Shown here piece by piece: positions 1 through 9,613 of a DNA stretch of 64,000 nucleotides (the first letter of the stretch is position 1; each line of letters begins with the position of its first letter). A program made the translations under genes and the position numbers. The notes under the pieces were generated by a model. The model worked only from the letters and a program-made list of their open reading frames with translations. It had not been told where the DNA came from and searched no databases. The stretch comes from Actinomycetota bacterium. Lineage in GTDB: Bacteria; Actinomycetota; UBA4738; HRBIN12. The stretch lies in NCBI GenBank assembly GCA_035697485.1, contig DASSCU010000043.1:11548-75547 (forward strand), given 5' to 3'.

Positions 1-899
1 ACTGGCAGCTCCGTGGAGAGCCCGAGCGCACCGTGCTGATCCGACGTGAGAAGGCCTACCACGGCATGCACACGGCGGGCACGTCGCTTGCCGGGATCCC
101 GGCGAACGCTACCGGCCACGGCGAGCTGATCGAGGACGTCACCGAGGTCCCGTGGGACGACGCCGAAGCGCTCCGTACCGCGATCGAGGCGGACGAGCCG
201 GCGCGCGTGGCCGCGTTCTTCTGCGAGCCCGTGATCGGCGCCGGCGGGGTGTTCCCTCCGCCGGAGGGCTACCTCGAGACCGCCCGCGCGGTCTGCCGCG
301 AGTTCGGGGTGCTGTTCGTGGCCGACGAGGTGATCACCGGGTTCGGCCGCGCAGGCGACTGGTTCGCGTCGACCCGGTTCGGACTCGAGCCCGACATCAT
401 CACCTGCGCGAAGGGCATCACGAGCGGGTACCTGCCGATGGGCGGCGTGATCGCCGCGCCGTGGGTCGCCGAGCCCTTCTGGGCCGAGGGCGCCGGACTC
501 TGGCGCCACGGCTACACGTATAGCGGCCATGCGTCGGTGGCGGCCGCGGCCCTCGCCAACCTCGACATCATCGAACGCGAGGGGTTATGCGAACGCGCCC
601 TCAAGCTCGAGGCGCCGCTCTTGGAGGCCCTTCAACCCTTGGCCGGGCACGAGCTGGTCGAGGAGGTCCGTGGTGGGGTCGGCATGCTCGCTGCGGTGAA
701 CCTGCGTCAGGATCTCATCGCGGACGAGTCTTCGCTGCCGGCGCGCGTCGGCATGGCGTGTCGCGAGGCCGGCATGCTGGTCCGCCCGCTCGTCGGCGGC
801 GCGGTCGCCGTCTCCCCGCCGCTCGTGATCGACGACGACGAGATCTCGGCGATAGCCCGGGCGTTCAAGGACGGGCTGGACGCGGTCGGGGCAGGCTAG
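1..899 (+). CDS. Class III (PLP-dependent) aminotransferase, C-terminal portion; the 5' end lies upstream of the window (codon phase starts at nt 3)
   Basis: Carries DEVITGFGRAGDWFA...PDIITCAKGITSGYLPMGG, the hallmark of class-III transaminases (BioA/GabT/omega-TA family). The frame runs open from the window edge to the stop at 899. Confidence 0.8.
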   Translation, partial: WQLRGEPERTVLIRREKAYHGMHTAGTSLAGIPANATGHGELIEDVTEVPWDDAEALRTAIEADEPARVAAFFCEPVIGAGGVFPPPEGYLETARAVCREFGVLFVADEVITGFGRAGDWFASTRFGLEPDIITCAKGITSGYLPMGGVIAAPWVAEPFWAEGAGLWRHGYTYSGHASVAAAALANLDIIEREGLCERALKLEAPLLEALQPLAGHELVEEVRGGVGMLAAVNLRQDLIADESSLPARVGMACREAGMLVRPLVGGAVAVSPPLVIDDDEISAIARAFKDGLDAVGAG

Positions 900-935
900 G
901 CTCGTCCGGGCGGGCGGAGCGAGCGTCACCGCGCC

Positions 936-1256
936 TCAGTGGAACGAGTTGCCGCAGGCGCAGCCGCCCTGGGCGGCCGGGTTGTCGATCGTGAACCCGG
1001 ACTGCTCGAGCGTGTCGACGAAGTCGATCGTGGCCTGCGAGAGATACGGCACGCTCATCTTGTCGATCACGAGCCGCACGCCGAACTGCTCCTCCGCCTG
1101 GTCCTTCTCGCCGATCTGGTCGTCGAGGTACATCGCGTATCGCAGACCCGAGCACCCGCCGGGCTGCACGGCCACGCGAAGCGCGATGTCGTCACGGCCT
1201 TCCTCGGCCAACAGCTCCTTGACCTTGCCGGCCGCGGTCTCGGTGAGCGTGATCAT
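936..1256 (-). CDS. HesB/IscA/ErpA-type A-type Fe-S cluster carrier
   Basis: 107 aa starting MITLTETAAGKVKELL and ending ...GGCACGNSF (C-terminal CxC cysteine motif of the IscA/SufA family). The internal ATG at 1256 was chosen over the Arg-rich 5' extension. Confidence 0.8.
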   Translation of the reverse strand: MITLTETAAGKVKELLAEEGRDDIALRVAVQPGGCSGLRYAMYLDDQIGEKDQAEEQFGVRLVIDKMSVPYLSQATIDFVDTLEQSGFTIDNPAAQGGCACGNSFH

Positions 1257-1341
1257 CGTTCCTCCGGGGTGACGTCGGGGTGGTCTCAATATCCTACCCG
1301 GCGGCGAGCCGGAATCCGACCTCTCCGGTCGAGAACCTCGG

Positions 1342-1812
1342 TCATCGCGCCGCCAGGTCGATCACCGTCGCCCCGCTGACCCTAACCAGGTCGGTCGGGG
1401 TCAGCGGGAACACCGAGTCGGGCGTCCCCGCAGCCGCCCACACCACCTCGTGGACGAGCAAATCCCGGTCGCAGAAGGCCCGGACCCGGTCGACGTGCCC
1501 GAAGGGCGGGGTGCCGCCGACCGCGAACCCGGTCGCGGTCCGAGCTTCCTCGGGGGTGGCCCGGCGCACGGCCTCGGCGCCTGCGGCGGCCCCGAGCTTC
1601 GCCTCGTCGACCCGGTTCGACCCCGAGGTGAGGGCGAGCACGGGCCGATCGTCGGCCATGAACACCAGCGACTTCACGATCTGGCCCACGTCGCACCCGA
1701 TCGCCCGTGCCGCGTCGTCGGCCGTCTTCGTGCCCTCAGAGAACCGGCGCCCCTGCGGGTGCAGCCCCTGGGCCCTCGCGGCCTCGGCGAACCGCTCCAT
1801 GGCGGTGCTCAT
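1342..1812 (-). CDS. ybaK: YbaK/ProX-type aminoacyl-tRNA deacylase (Cys-tRNA(Pro) deacylase)
   Basis: 156-aa C-terminal part of the 399-aa track ORF. Carries ...GQIVKSLVFMADDRPVLALTSG...GGTPPFGH typical of the YbaK deacylase fold. The start ATG at 1812 overlaps the upstream glycerate kinase stop (ATGA). The Arg-rich N-terminal extension was discarded. Confidence 0.7.
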   Translation of the reverse strand: MSTAMERFAEAARAQGLHPQGRRFSEGTKTADDAARAIGCDVGQIVKSLVFMADDRPVLALTSGSNRVDEAKLGAAAGAEAVRRATPEEARTATGFAVGGTPPFGHVDRVRAFCDRDLLVHEVVWAAAGTPDSVFPLTPTDLVRVSGATVIDLAAR

Positions 1813-2939
1813 CGTCGTTCCCCCTCGAGATCGTCGGCTCCCACGGCCAGCTCCGAGCCCGCTGCGACCAGCGCCGCCCGCGCGTCGTCGAGCGCGGCCC
1901 GCTCCCCCACGCGGTCGACGAGCGACACGACCCGCACGCCGGGCACGTCGATCGTCGCACGGCCGCAGACGATGACGGCGGGCACGCCGGCGAGGCCGCA
2001 GGCCTCGAGGACACCGGCGGGTGTCTTCCCGTGGAGGGACTGCTCGTCGAGCGATCCTTCCCCGGTCACGACGAGGTCGGCCCCGGCGATGCGATCGGCG
2101 AGCCCGACCGCGTCCATCACGACCTCGACGCCCGGGTGCAGCCGAGCGCCGCAGAAAGCCATCAGGCCGAACCCCAGGCCGCCGGCCGCGCCCGCCCCGG
2201 GCTCGTCGCGGAGCCCGATCGCGAGGTCCCGCTCGACCACGGCGGCCAGGTGTCCGAGCGCGCGGTCGAGCACGGCGACGTCCTCGGCGTCGGCGCCCTT
2301 CTGCGGCCCATAGACGGCGCTCGCGCCCGACGGCCCCGTCAGGGGGTTGTCCACGTCGCAGGCACCGGTCACGGCCACGTGCGCCAAGCCCGGATGCATC
2401 GCGGAGAGGTCGATACGAGCCAGCGCCAGGAGCCCCTCCCCGCCGTCGGCGATCGGGCGCCCCGACCCGTCGAGGAATCGTCCACCCAGCGCCGACGCCA
2501 TGCCGACGCCGCCGTCGTTCGTGGCGCTCCCGCCGATGCACACGATGAGGCGGTCGGCTCCCGCGTCGATCGCGCGGGCCATCAGCTCCCCGGTGCCGCG
2601 CGTCGTGGTCCGCAGCGGGTCGCGGCGACCCTCGTCGAGCAGCGAGAGTCCCGAGGCGCGGGCCATCTCGACCACCCCGAGCATGCCGCCCTGCGACGGC
2701 ACCAAGCCGAAGGCGGCGTCGACGGGGTCACCCATCGGCCCGGACACGATGGACCGCTCGATGCGACCCCCGAGCGCATCGACCAAGGCGTCCATCGTCC
2801 CCTCACCGCCGTCGGCCATGGGCACGACGTCCACGTCGTCGCCGGGTCGCTCACGGCGCCATCCGGTCGCCAACGCTTCGGCGGCCTGGCGAGCGGTCAG
2901 CGTGCCGCGGAACTTGTCGGGGGCCACGAGGATGCGCAC
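1809..2939 (-). CDS. Glycerate kinase (GlxK/GarK family)
   Basis: 376 aa over full length beginning MRILVAPDKFRGTLTA (classic glycerate kinase N-terminus), with LIVCIGGSATNDGGVG and VVTGEGSLDEQSLHGK motifs. GTG start at 2939. Confidence 0.8.
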   Translation of the reverse strand: MRILVAPDKFRGTLTARQAAEALATGWRRERPGDDVDVVPMADGGEGTMDALVDALGGRIERSIVSGPMGDPVDAAFGLVPSQGGMLGVVEMARASGLSLLDEGRRDPLRTTTRGTGELMARAIDAGADRLIVCIGGSATNDGGVGMASALGGRFLDGSGRPIADGGEGLLALARIDLSAMHPGLAHVAVTGACDVDNPLTGPSGASAVYGPQKGADAEDVAVLDRALGHLAAVVERDLAIGLRDEPGAGAAGGLGFGLMAFCGARLHPGVEVVMDAVGLADRIAGADLVVTGEGSLDEQSLHGKTPAGVLEACGLAGVPAVIVCGRATIDVPGVRVVSLVDRVGERAALDDARAALVAAGSELAVGADDLEGERR

Positions 2940-3004
2940 GGGTCGGACTGTACAATCCGCGCCGAGGCCCGGAGGCTCGGCCCCCGGCCGGTGAGGAGGA
3001 TCAT

Positions 3005-3835
3005 GTGAGCCTTGATCGCGAGCAGCTGCTGGGCGTCGCCCACGCCGAGCGCCAGCGCCTGGGGCGCATGATCCAGTACGCCGAACCGACGACCTGGGAG
3101 CAGCCGAGCGCCGCCGACGGTTGGTGGAACCGCGACGTGATCGCCCACCTCGCCGCGGGCGACACGATCGCGGCGCAGCTCGTGGCCGGCGAGCCGGCCG
3201 CCGAGCTCGAGGAGTGGCGGCGCGAGCATCCCGAGGGTCCGTTCGACATCGACGCGTTCAACGCATGGACCGTGGGTCGCCGATCAGGGCTCGAGACGCG
3301 GGAGGTGCTCACGCGCTGGGGCGAGGCGGCCGATTCGTTCCTCGCGCACTGCGCGACGATCTCCGAGGAGGACTGGGCCTCGAAGCGGTACGACTACGTC
3401 GCCGGTCCGATCGCCGCCCGGTACCTGGTGCAGACGAGGGTCGTCGAGTGGTGGCTGCACGGCGAGGATGTGCGGGCCACGAACGGGCTCGGCCCCGACT
3501 ACCAGCATTGGCCGGTCCACCTGACGATCGATCTCGCGGTCCGCATGCTCCCCTGGTCGCTGGGGCGTGCCGGCCTCGACCTGTCAGGTCAGACCGTCCG
3601 GGTCGACGTCGACGGCGCCGGCGAGGGTTCGTGGCACTGGGGTCTGGGTTCCGGCGAGGCCCCGTCGGGCCGTCACAAGCCCGACGCGACGATCGTCGGC
3701 CGGGCACCGCAGCTCGCGCTCGTCGCCGGCCAGCGACTCAAGCCCGACGACGTGCTCTCCTCTGGCAACGTGGTGCTCGGCGGCGAGCGCCTGCTCGCCG
3801 ACACCGTGCTCAGGCACCTGCGCGCGTTCCCGTAG
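3005..3835 (+). CDS. Mycothiol-dependent maleylpyruvate isomerase N-terminal / DinB-like domain protein (TIGR03083-type actinobacterial protein)
   Basis: 276 aa with an N-terminal HxxxE-type DinB/MDMPI-like region (WNRDVIAHLAAGD...). Strong SD GAGGAGGA sits 5 nt upstream of the GTG start. Confidence 0.55.
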   Translation: MSLDREQLLGVAHAERQRLGRMIQYAEPTTWEQPSAADGWWNRDVIAHLAAGDTIAAQLVAGEPAAELEEWRREHPEGPFDIDAFNAWTVGRRSGLETREVLTRWGEAADSFLAHCATISEEDWASKRYDYVAGPIAARYLVQTRVVEWWLHGEDVRATNGLGPDYQHWPVHLTIDLAVRMLPWSLGRAGLDLSGQTVRVDVDGAGEGSWHWGLGSGEAPSGRHKPDATIVGRAPQLALVAGQRLKPDDVLSSGNVVLGGERLLADTVLRHLRAFP

Positions 3836-3852
3836 GCCCGCGAAGCCTCGCG

Positions 3853-4839
3853 TCAGCGGGTGACCAGGAGCCGCTTCACGGCCCGTGGGGACGACCCGAA
3901 CCGGTACTTGTACCGGTAGTCGCCCTTCAGCAGGTCGAAGCCGCTGCAGCCCTGCTCGATCGCGAGGCGGATGTCCTCGCCGACGAGCACCATGCCGGGG
4001 GCGAGGGTCCCCCACGACCGGTCGAACGCGCTGTTGTAGAGGTACGACGTGCCGCCCCAGACGAAGCCGATCGTGCCGGCCGCGAGCTGGCCCCCCACCT
4101 CGATGAACGTCAGCCGGAACACGCCGTCGGCACAGAAGGCCTCGCCGAGGCGGCGGAAGAAGATCTCCATGCCGGGGACCATGAAGACGCCCTTGGGCCC
4201 CTCCGACGCGCGGTGCAACTCGACGAATCGATCGAGCAGCGGGATCAGCGTGCCCTCATCGGCGGTCACGATCCGGAACGCGCCGGCCTCCTCGGTGAGC
4301 TTGCGGGCCTTCCGCTTGATCTCGTGACGGTACTTCGACGAGAGCCCGGCCAGGTACTCGTCCCACGAACCGGGCAGGGGCAGGAACGGCGCCACCCCGT
4401 CCTCGTCCTCGCGCACGCCGAGTCCCTGGGCGTTGGCGGAGTCGCGGAGCAGCCCGAACCACGGCTGGTCCTCGAGCAGCCCCCGCAGGTCGGCCTCGGA
4501 CCAGTCGTCCCGCGCGAGCAGCGCGGTCCACAGCTCCTTGGCCATCGCGTCCTGCCGTTCGGGCAGCCCGACGGGCCCCATGTAGTCGGTGATCTCGGTG
4601 CCGCCGAGGAACCGGAGCGTGTCCCCGATGCGCTCGAACGCGACCGCCCCGACCTGGCTGCCGTCGTCCTCCTCGGCGAACGCGAGCAGCAGGTGCTCGG
4701 GCGTCTCCCCGAACTCCTCCCAGTAGAGCTTCAGGAAGGCCGGCGTGTGGAAGAACGACCCGGCGGGGTCGGTCTGTACGAGCTCGCGCCATCCACGTCG
4801 ATGGAAGTCCCGCCCGTCTTCGCTGAATACGATGTGCAT
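3853..4839 (-). CDS. GNAT-fold acyltransferase, FemAB/CelD/BioF2-like (Acetyltransf_6-type)
   Basis: 328 aa resembling the FemAB-like/cellulose-biosynthesis CelD-like N-acyltransferase family (...KYRHEIKRKARKL...FVWGGTSYLYNSAFD...). ATG start at 4839. Confidence 0.55.
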   Translation of the reverse strand: MHIVFSEDGRDFHRRGWRELVQTDPAGSFFHTPAFLKLYWEEFGETPEHLLLAFAEEDDGSQVGAVAFERIGDTLRFLGGTEITDYMGPVGLPERQDAMAKELWTALLARDDWSEADLRGLLEDQPWFGLLRDSANAQGLGVREDEDGVAPFLPLPGSWDEYLAGLSSKYRHEIKRKARKLTEEAGAFRIVTADEGTLIPLLDRFVELHRASEGPKGVFMVPGMEIFFRRLGEAFCADGVFRLTFIEVGGQLAAGTIGFVWGGTSYLYNSAFDRSWGTLAPGMVLVGEDIRLAIEQGCSGFDLLKGDYRYKYRFGSSPRAVKRLLVTR

Positions 4840-4889
4840 GCTCGAGGAATCCTAGGCACGGCCCGCGCCGGCGGCATGCCGGTGACCGC

Positions 4890-6668
4890 TCACCAGCTGC
4901 CGCCACCGCCTCCGCCGCCGCCGCCGCCGGAGAACCCGCCGCCGGAGAACCCGCTCGAGCCCGAGCCGGACGGGGTCGAGGCGATCGTGCCGCCGGTCGC
5001 GACCGCGAAGCCCTCCATCGAGTCCGCGAACTGCGCGTAGACGAACGGCCGCGGAGAGAGGTACCAGCTGGTGTCGGGCTCGATGCCGAGCGCCTCGAAC
5101 GCCTTCGCCCACTTGTCGGTACAGCCGAACACCACCGCGAACGGCAGGAACCGGGTGAAGACGAGCTCCTTCTCGGCCCACCGCGACATATGGGTCTCGG
5201 CCGTCTCGATCACGGTTCGGAAGCCGCGCACCCGCCGCAGCATCGCGGTGCCTTTCGCCGTGCGCGCCGGCATCCGCCCCGCCGAGGCCAGTAGCAGCAC
5301 GGCACCCAGGATCAGCGGGATGCCGAGCAAGCCCCAGTGGGTGAACGCCGCGAGCGCGAACGCGACGCCGCCGGCGACGATCAGCGCCACCACGCCCAGC
5401 GCGTACCACTTGGCGCGCACCTTGTCGGGACGCTGGCTGAACCAACCCCGCTTCACGGCGTCGGCGTAGAGCGACTCCTTGACGCCGTTGAGCCGCTCGG
5501 CGAACACGTTCTTCAGCTCCGAGATCGTGACCTCGGTGCCGTCGCGGAAGAGCCCGTCGAGGAGACGTCGCTCGTAGGTGAGCAGGTCGTCGTCGGACCT
5601 CTCCAGACGGATCAGGCGCCAGTCGGGCTTGCCGAACCAGCCCTCCTTGGGGATCTCCTGGATCAGCAGGTAGCCGCGCACGGCGAGGTCCACGAGGGTG
5701 GCCGACACGTCGAGCACGTTCGCCTGCTCGTCCAGGAGGGTCCCCATCTGGCCCGGACGCATGTCGTCGGGCGGCGCGAACTCCACCGGCGCGCTCTCGT
5801 CGGCCTCCCCCAGCCGCACCGCCTGATGCTCACCAGTGGGATTGCCCATGACCTGGTCCACCTGAGAGCCGCGGTACCGGCGGTCGCGTCCGCGGCCCCA
5901 GACGAGCGCGATCACGCCGCCGATCGCGGCGAGGCCGAGCACGGCCGTGCCCCCGAGGGTCGCCGGGGTCGCCGCATACGCGCGTCCGAGGCTCCAGCGT
6001 TCCTCGAGCACGGGCGCGGGCTCGGGGACGGCACCCTTGGGCAGGCCGACGACGATCGTCACTCCGCTGTACGAGCCCAGCCCGGTCTGGGCGAACCGCG
6101 CCTCGGCGCCGTCGGCGCTCGAGCGCAGGCACGGAAGGGTCGAGCCCTCGTACCCTTGGAAACAGGCCACCTGCGTGATGTCGGCGGGCGCGTGCACGCG
6201 TATGGTCGCCCGCTCGATCGGCGCCGACCACTCGGTGCCCACCGCGTTCCAGTACAGCTCGTCATGGTCAGGGAAGCCATTCAGTGCCGCCTCGACCGTG
6301 TACGTCAGCTCGTACGTGTGCCGGCCGGTGATCTCGGTGTCGGCGTCGCCGACGCGGATGCGGGTGATGCCTCCGGCCGCCGACTCCACCTCGTAGCCGG
6401 CGGGCGTGCCCTCGCTCGCGCGAACCTCGACCACGTCGAGCGGGTAGATGCGGTCGTACGTGTCGTCGTAGCGCAGGCGTGTCGGGATGTCACGAAGGAT
6501 GCCGTGCCGGCGAACCGTGCCGAAGTCGTAGTCGATCGTCTCCACGATCGTGAACGTGCCGTCGTCGCCGATCGTGATGTCGACGCCGTAATCGACGATC
6601 CGTTCGCTGGGCTGTGCACGGGCGGGTGCCGCGACGAGCAGGAGGGCGCCGAGCGTGGCGGCGAGCAT
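4890..6668 (-). CDS. DUF2207-family membrane protein with signal peptide, internal TM helices and a poly-Gly C-terminal tail
   Basis: Starts at internal ATG 6668 (MLAATLGALLLVAAPARA signal peptide). Large extracytoplasmic N-domain, TM helices around residues 250-280 and 440-500, C-terminus SGFSGGGFSGGGGGGGGGGSW. Confidence 0.65.
   Translation of the reverse strand: MLAATLGALLLVAAPARAQPSERIVDYGVDITIGDDGTFTIVETIDYDFGTVRRHGILRDIPTRLRYDDTYDRIYPLDVVEVRASEGTPAGYEVESAAGGITRIRVGDADTEITGRHTYELTYTVEAALNGFPDHDELYWNAVGTEWSAPIERATIRVHAPADITQVACFQGYEGSTLPCLRSSADGAEARFAQTGLGSYSGVTIVVGLPKGAVPEPAPVLEERWSLGRAYAATPATLGGTAVLGLAAIGGVIALVWGRGRDRRYRGSQVDQVMGNPTGEHQAVRLGEADESAPVEFAPPDDMRPGQMGTLLDEQANVLDVSATLVDLAVRGYLLIQEIPKEGWFGKPDWRLIRLERSDDDLLTYERRLLDGLFRDGTEVTISELKNVFAERLNGVKESLYADAVKRGWFSQRPDKVRAKWYALGVVALIVAGGVAFALAAFTHWGLLGIPLILGAVLLLASAGRMPARTAKGTAMLRRVRGFRTVIETAETHMSRWAEKELVFTRFLPFAVVFGCTDKWAKAFEALGIEPDTSWYLSPRPFVYAQFADSMEGFAVATGGTIASTPSGSGSSGFSGGGFSGGGGGGGGGGSW
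4899..4955. repeat. GCC/GGC trinucleotide tract plus a 15-nt tandem duplication encoding the poly-Gly tail
   Basis: ccgccaccgcctccgccgccgccgccgccgg followed by gccggagaacccgcc repeated twice. Seen directly in the sequence. Confidence 0.5.
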
Positions 6669-6720
6669 CGCGAGCCGGTGTGCCACGCGGGCGTGAGGCC
6701 AGGGGATCACGCCGCGAAGC

Positions 6721-7176
6721 TTAGACGCTGTGTGCCTGGGCACCGCTCGCCTCGCCGGCACCCTCGAGGGCGTCCTGCAACACGTCCCAGGCGAGCACGG
6801 CGCACTTGATGCGGATCGGGTACTGCACGACGCCCTTGAGTGCCACGAGGTCGCCGAACGTCTCCTCGTCGGGCTCGACGTCGCCCGCCATCATGCCGCG
6901 GAACCCGGCGGCGAGCGCCTTGGCGTCGGCGACGCTCGACCCGGTGACGGATTCGGTCATCATGGACGCGCTCGACTGGCTGATCGAGCACCCCGCGCCC
7001 TGGAACGTCACCTCCGCGACCCGATCACCCTCGACGTGAGCGTAGACCGTGATCTCGTCGCCGCACAGGGGGTTGTTGGCGTGACACCGCAACTCGGCAC
7101 CGGGGAGCTCTCGCTTGTTCCGCGGGTCCTTGTAGTGGTCGAGGATCACTTCCTTGTAGATGTCGTCGAGCGCCAC
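6721..7176 (-). CDS. sufU: SufU (NifU/IscU-like) zinc-dependent sulfur transfer protein
   Basis: 151 aa from GTG 7176 (VALDDIYKEVILDHYKDPRNKREL...NPLCGDEI...GAGCSISQSSASMMTE...KCAVLA). SD AGGGAA lies just upstream. The Arg-rich extension of the track ORF was discarded. Confidence 0.85.
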   Translation of the reverse strand: MALDDIYKEVILDHYKDPRNKRELPGAELRCHANNPLCGDEITVYAHVEGDRVAEVTFQGAGCSISQSSASMMTESVTGSSVADAKALAAGFRGMMAGDVEPDEETFGDLVALKGVVQYPIRIKCAVLAWDVLQDALEGAGEASGAQAHSV

Positions 7177-7198
7177 GGTTCCCTCTCTCGTTCGGGGG

Positions 7199-8467
7199 TC
7201 AGCTGAAGATCGACTGCGCGCGGTCGAGGGCAGCGACGAGCGCGTCCACCTCGTCCTTCGTGTTGTAGACGTAGAACGACGCGCGGGCGGTGGCCGGCAC
7301 ACCGTATCGGCGCATCACGAGCTGGGCGCAGTGGTGACCGGCCCTGATGGCGACGCCCTCCTCGTTGAGGATCGTCGCGAGGTCGTGCGGGTGCACGTCC
7401 TTGAACCAGAAGCTCACCGCCCCGCCGCGGATGCTCGCGTCCTTGGGACCGAACACGGTCGCCCCGGCGTCGAGCAGGCGATCGAGGGCGTAGCGGGTGA
7501 TCTCCTCCTCGTGGGCGCGCACGTTCGACATGCCGAGGGCGTCGAGGTACTCGATCGCCGCGGCCAGCCCGACCTGCTGGGCGATCGGCATCGTGCCGGC
7601 CTCGAACTTGAACGGCGCCGACTTGTAGGTGCTGTGGTCGTGGAAGACCTCGTGGATCATCTCGCCGCCGCCGAGCATCGGCTGCATCGACTCGAGCACC
7701 TCGGTGCGGCCGTACAGGCCGCCGCTCGCCGTGGGGCCGAGCATCTTGTGGCCGGTGAACCCCAGCAGATCCACGTCGAGCGCCCGGACGTCGATCGGCG
7801 AGTGCGGCGCGAGCTGCGCCGCATCGACCGCGATGATCGCACCGACCGCGTGCGCAGCGTCGGCGAGCTGACGCAGCGGGGTGATCGTGCCGAGGGCGTT
7901 CGACATGCCGGTGACGCTCACGATCGCGGTGCGGTCGGTCAGCAGCGACCCCAAGTCGGAGAGGTCGAGGAGGCCGTCGTCGGTGAGCGGGATGTAGCGC
8001 AGGGTCGCTCCCGTCACGGCGGCGGTCATCTGCCACGGCACGATGTTCGAGTGGTGCTCCATGTCGGAGAGCAGGACCTCGTCGCCCTCACGGAGGTGGG
8101 CTCGACCCCAGCCCTGGGCGACGAGGTTCATCGACTCGGTCACGCCTCGCGTGAACACGATCGTCTCGGGCTCGGGTGCGCCGAGGAACCGCGCCACGAC
8201 GGCCCGAGCACCCTCGTAGGCCTGGGTCGCCTCCTCCCCCAGCATATGGATGCCCCGGTGTGCGTTCGCGTTGTGCAGGCGGAAGAAGTCGGCCTCGGCC
8301 TCGATCACCTGGGTCGGCTTGTGCGAAGTGGCGGCGCTGTCGAGGTAGACGAGCGGATGCTCGCCCACGGTCCGCGTGAGGATCGGGAAGTCGCGCCGGA
8401 TCGCGTCGACGTCGAGGCCTCCCACGCGGTCGTCCGCGACGGGCGCGGTCTCGGCGTGTTCGGTCAT
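7199..8467 (-). CDS. sufS: Cysteine desulfurase SufS (class II)
   Basis: 422 aa with YLDSAATSHKP, TGHKMLGPTASGGLYG (PLP lysine) and RAGHHCAQ (active-site Cys loop). SD GAGGGAG sits 8 nt upstream. Confidence 0.9.
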   Translation of the reverse strand: MTEHAETAPVADDRVGGLDVDAIRRDFPILTRTVGEHPLVYLDSAATSHKPTQVIEAEADFFRLHNANAHRGIHMLGEEATQAYEGARAVVARFLGAPEPETIVFTRGVTESMNLVAQGWGRAHLREGDEVLLSDMEHHSNIVPWQMTAAVTGATLRYIPLTDDGLLDLSDLGSLLTDRTAIVSVTGMSNALGTITPLRQLADAAHAVGAIIAVDAAQLAPHSPIDVRALDVDLLGFTGHKMLGPTASGGLYGRTEVLESMQPMLGGGEMIHEVFHDHSTYKSAPFKFEAGTMPIAQQVGLAAAIEYLDALGMSNVRAHEEEITRYALDRLLDAGATVFGPKDASIRGGAVSFWFKDVHPHDLATILNEEGVAIRAGHHCAQLVMRRYGVPATARASFYVYNTKDEVDALVAALDRAQSIFS

Positions 8468-8489
8468 GGATCAGCTCCCTCGGGTGTGG

Positions 8490-9296
8490 CTACACCACTT
8501 CGACGGTCGCATCGGCCTCGAGCCCCAGCTCGGCACGGATGCCCTCGTAGCCCTTGGCCTCGAGTTCGTGCGCCAGCTCCGCCCCGCCGGTCTTCACGAT
8601 ACGCCCTTGCATCATCACGTGGACCGTGTCGGGCGTGATGTAGTTCAGCATGCGTTGGTAGTGCGTGATCAGGAGCACACCCAGGCCGGGCCCGACCAGC
8701 TCGTTGACGCCCTGGGCGACCAGCTTCAGCGAGTCGATGTCGAGCCCGGAGTCGGTCTCATCCAGGATCGCGATCTGCGGCTGCAGCACCGCGAGCTGGA
8801 GCACCTCGTTCCGCTTCTTCTCGCCCCCGGAGAAACCCTGGTTCAAGTAACGGTTCACCATCGCGTCGTCGACGCCGAGGCGGTCCATCTGCTCCTTCAT
8901 ATGCTTGCGGAACGCCAAGGCGCTCACCTGCTCGCCCTTCACCGCCTGGTACGCGGTGCGCAGGAAGTTCACGACGGAGACCCCGGGCACCTCGGTCGGG
9001 TACTGCATCGCGAGGAACAGTCCCCGCTTGGCGCGCTCATCGGGCGTCAGCGCGGTGATGTCTTCCCCGTTGAAGATCACCCTTCCCTCGGTGACCTGGT
9101 ACCCGGGGCGGCCCATGATCACGTTGCTGAGTGTGGACTTGCCCGATCCGTTGGGTCCCATCAGCGCGTGCGTCTCGCCTTGGCGCACCACGAGGTCGAT
9201 ACCGTTCAGGATCTGCTTGCTTTCGACCGTCGCGTGCAGTCCTCGCACCTCGAGGGTCGCCGCCCCGGTGCCGTTGCCGTTCGTCGTCTCAGCCAT
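8490..9296 (-). CDS. sufC: SufC Fe-S assembly ATPase
   Basis: Starts at internal ATG 9296 (MAETTNG...). Walker A GPNGSGKST, ABC signature FSGGEKKR, Walker B ILDETDSGLD. Confidence 0.9.
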   Translation of the reverse strand: MAETTNGNGTGAATLEVRGLHATVESKQILNGIDLVVRQGETHALMGPNGSGKSTLSNVIMGRPGYQVTEGRVIFNGEDITALTPDERAKRGLFLAMQYPTEVPGVSVVNFLRTAYQAVKGEQVSALAFRKHMKEQMDRLGVDDAMVNRYLNQGFSGGEKKRNEVLQLAVLQPQIAILDETDSGLDIDSLKLVAQGVNELVGPGLGVLLITHYQRMLNYITPDTVHVMMQGRIVKTGGAELAHELEAKGYEGIRAELGLEADATVEVV

Positions 9297-9301
9297 CGTC
9301 C

Positions 9302-9613
9302 TCACACCTCGATCATCACGTCGTCGCCGTCGACGGTCACCGCGAAGGCGTCGACGGGCTGGGTCGCCGGCAGGGTCTTCGGGTTGCCCGTGTTCAGGTC
9401 GAACGTGGACCCGTGCTTCGGGCACTCGATCGTCTCGAGGTCGGCGTCGACCTCGCCCTCGTCCAAGTAGTACTTCGCGTGGCTGCAGATCGCGTCGAGC
9501 GCGCGGAACCCTTCCTCGCCGAGGTTCACGACCGCGACCTCGCGCCCGTCGACGCGGTACCGCCTCGCCTCACCGGGCGGCACGTCCTTCGTCTCGCAGA
9601 CGCGCACGGACAT
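9302..9613 (-). CDS. Rieske (2Fe-2S) domain ferredoxin embedded in the suf operon
   Basis: 103 aa with CSH...CPKHGS (Rieske CxH...CxxH ligands). Its start overlaps the sufD stop by 1 nt (TGATG). Confidence 0.8.
   Translation of the reverse strand: MSVRVCETKDVPPGEARRYRVDGREVAVVNLGEEGFRALDAICSHAKYYLDEGEVDADLETIECPKHGSTFDLNTGNPKTLPATQPVDAFAVTVDGDDVMIEV

Noticed and set aside
152-994. Overlapping Arg/Pro-rich ORFs (152..523+, 585..929-, 587..994+) inside and opposite the aminotransferase gene
   Set aside because: They are typical high-GC shadow ORFs with low-complexity RRGR composition and no motifs, and they overlap a well-supported CDS.
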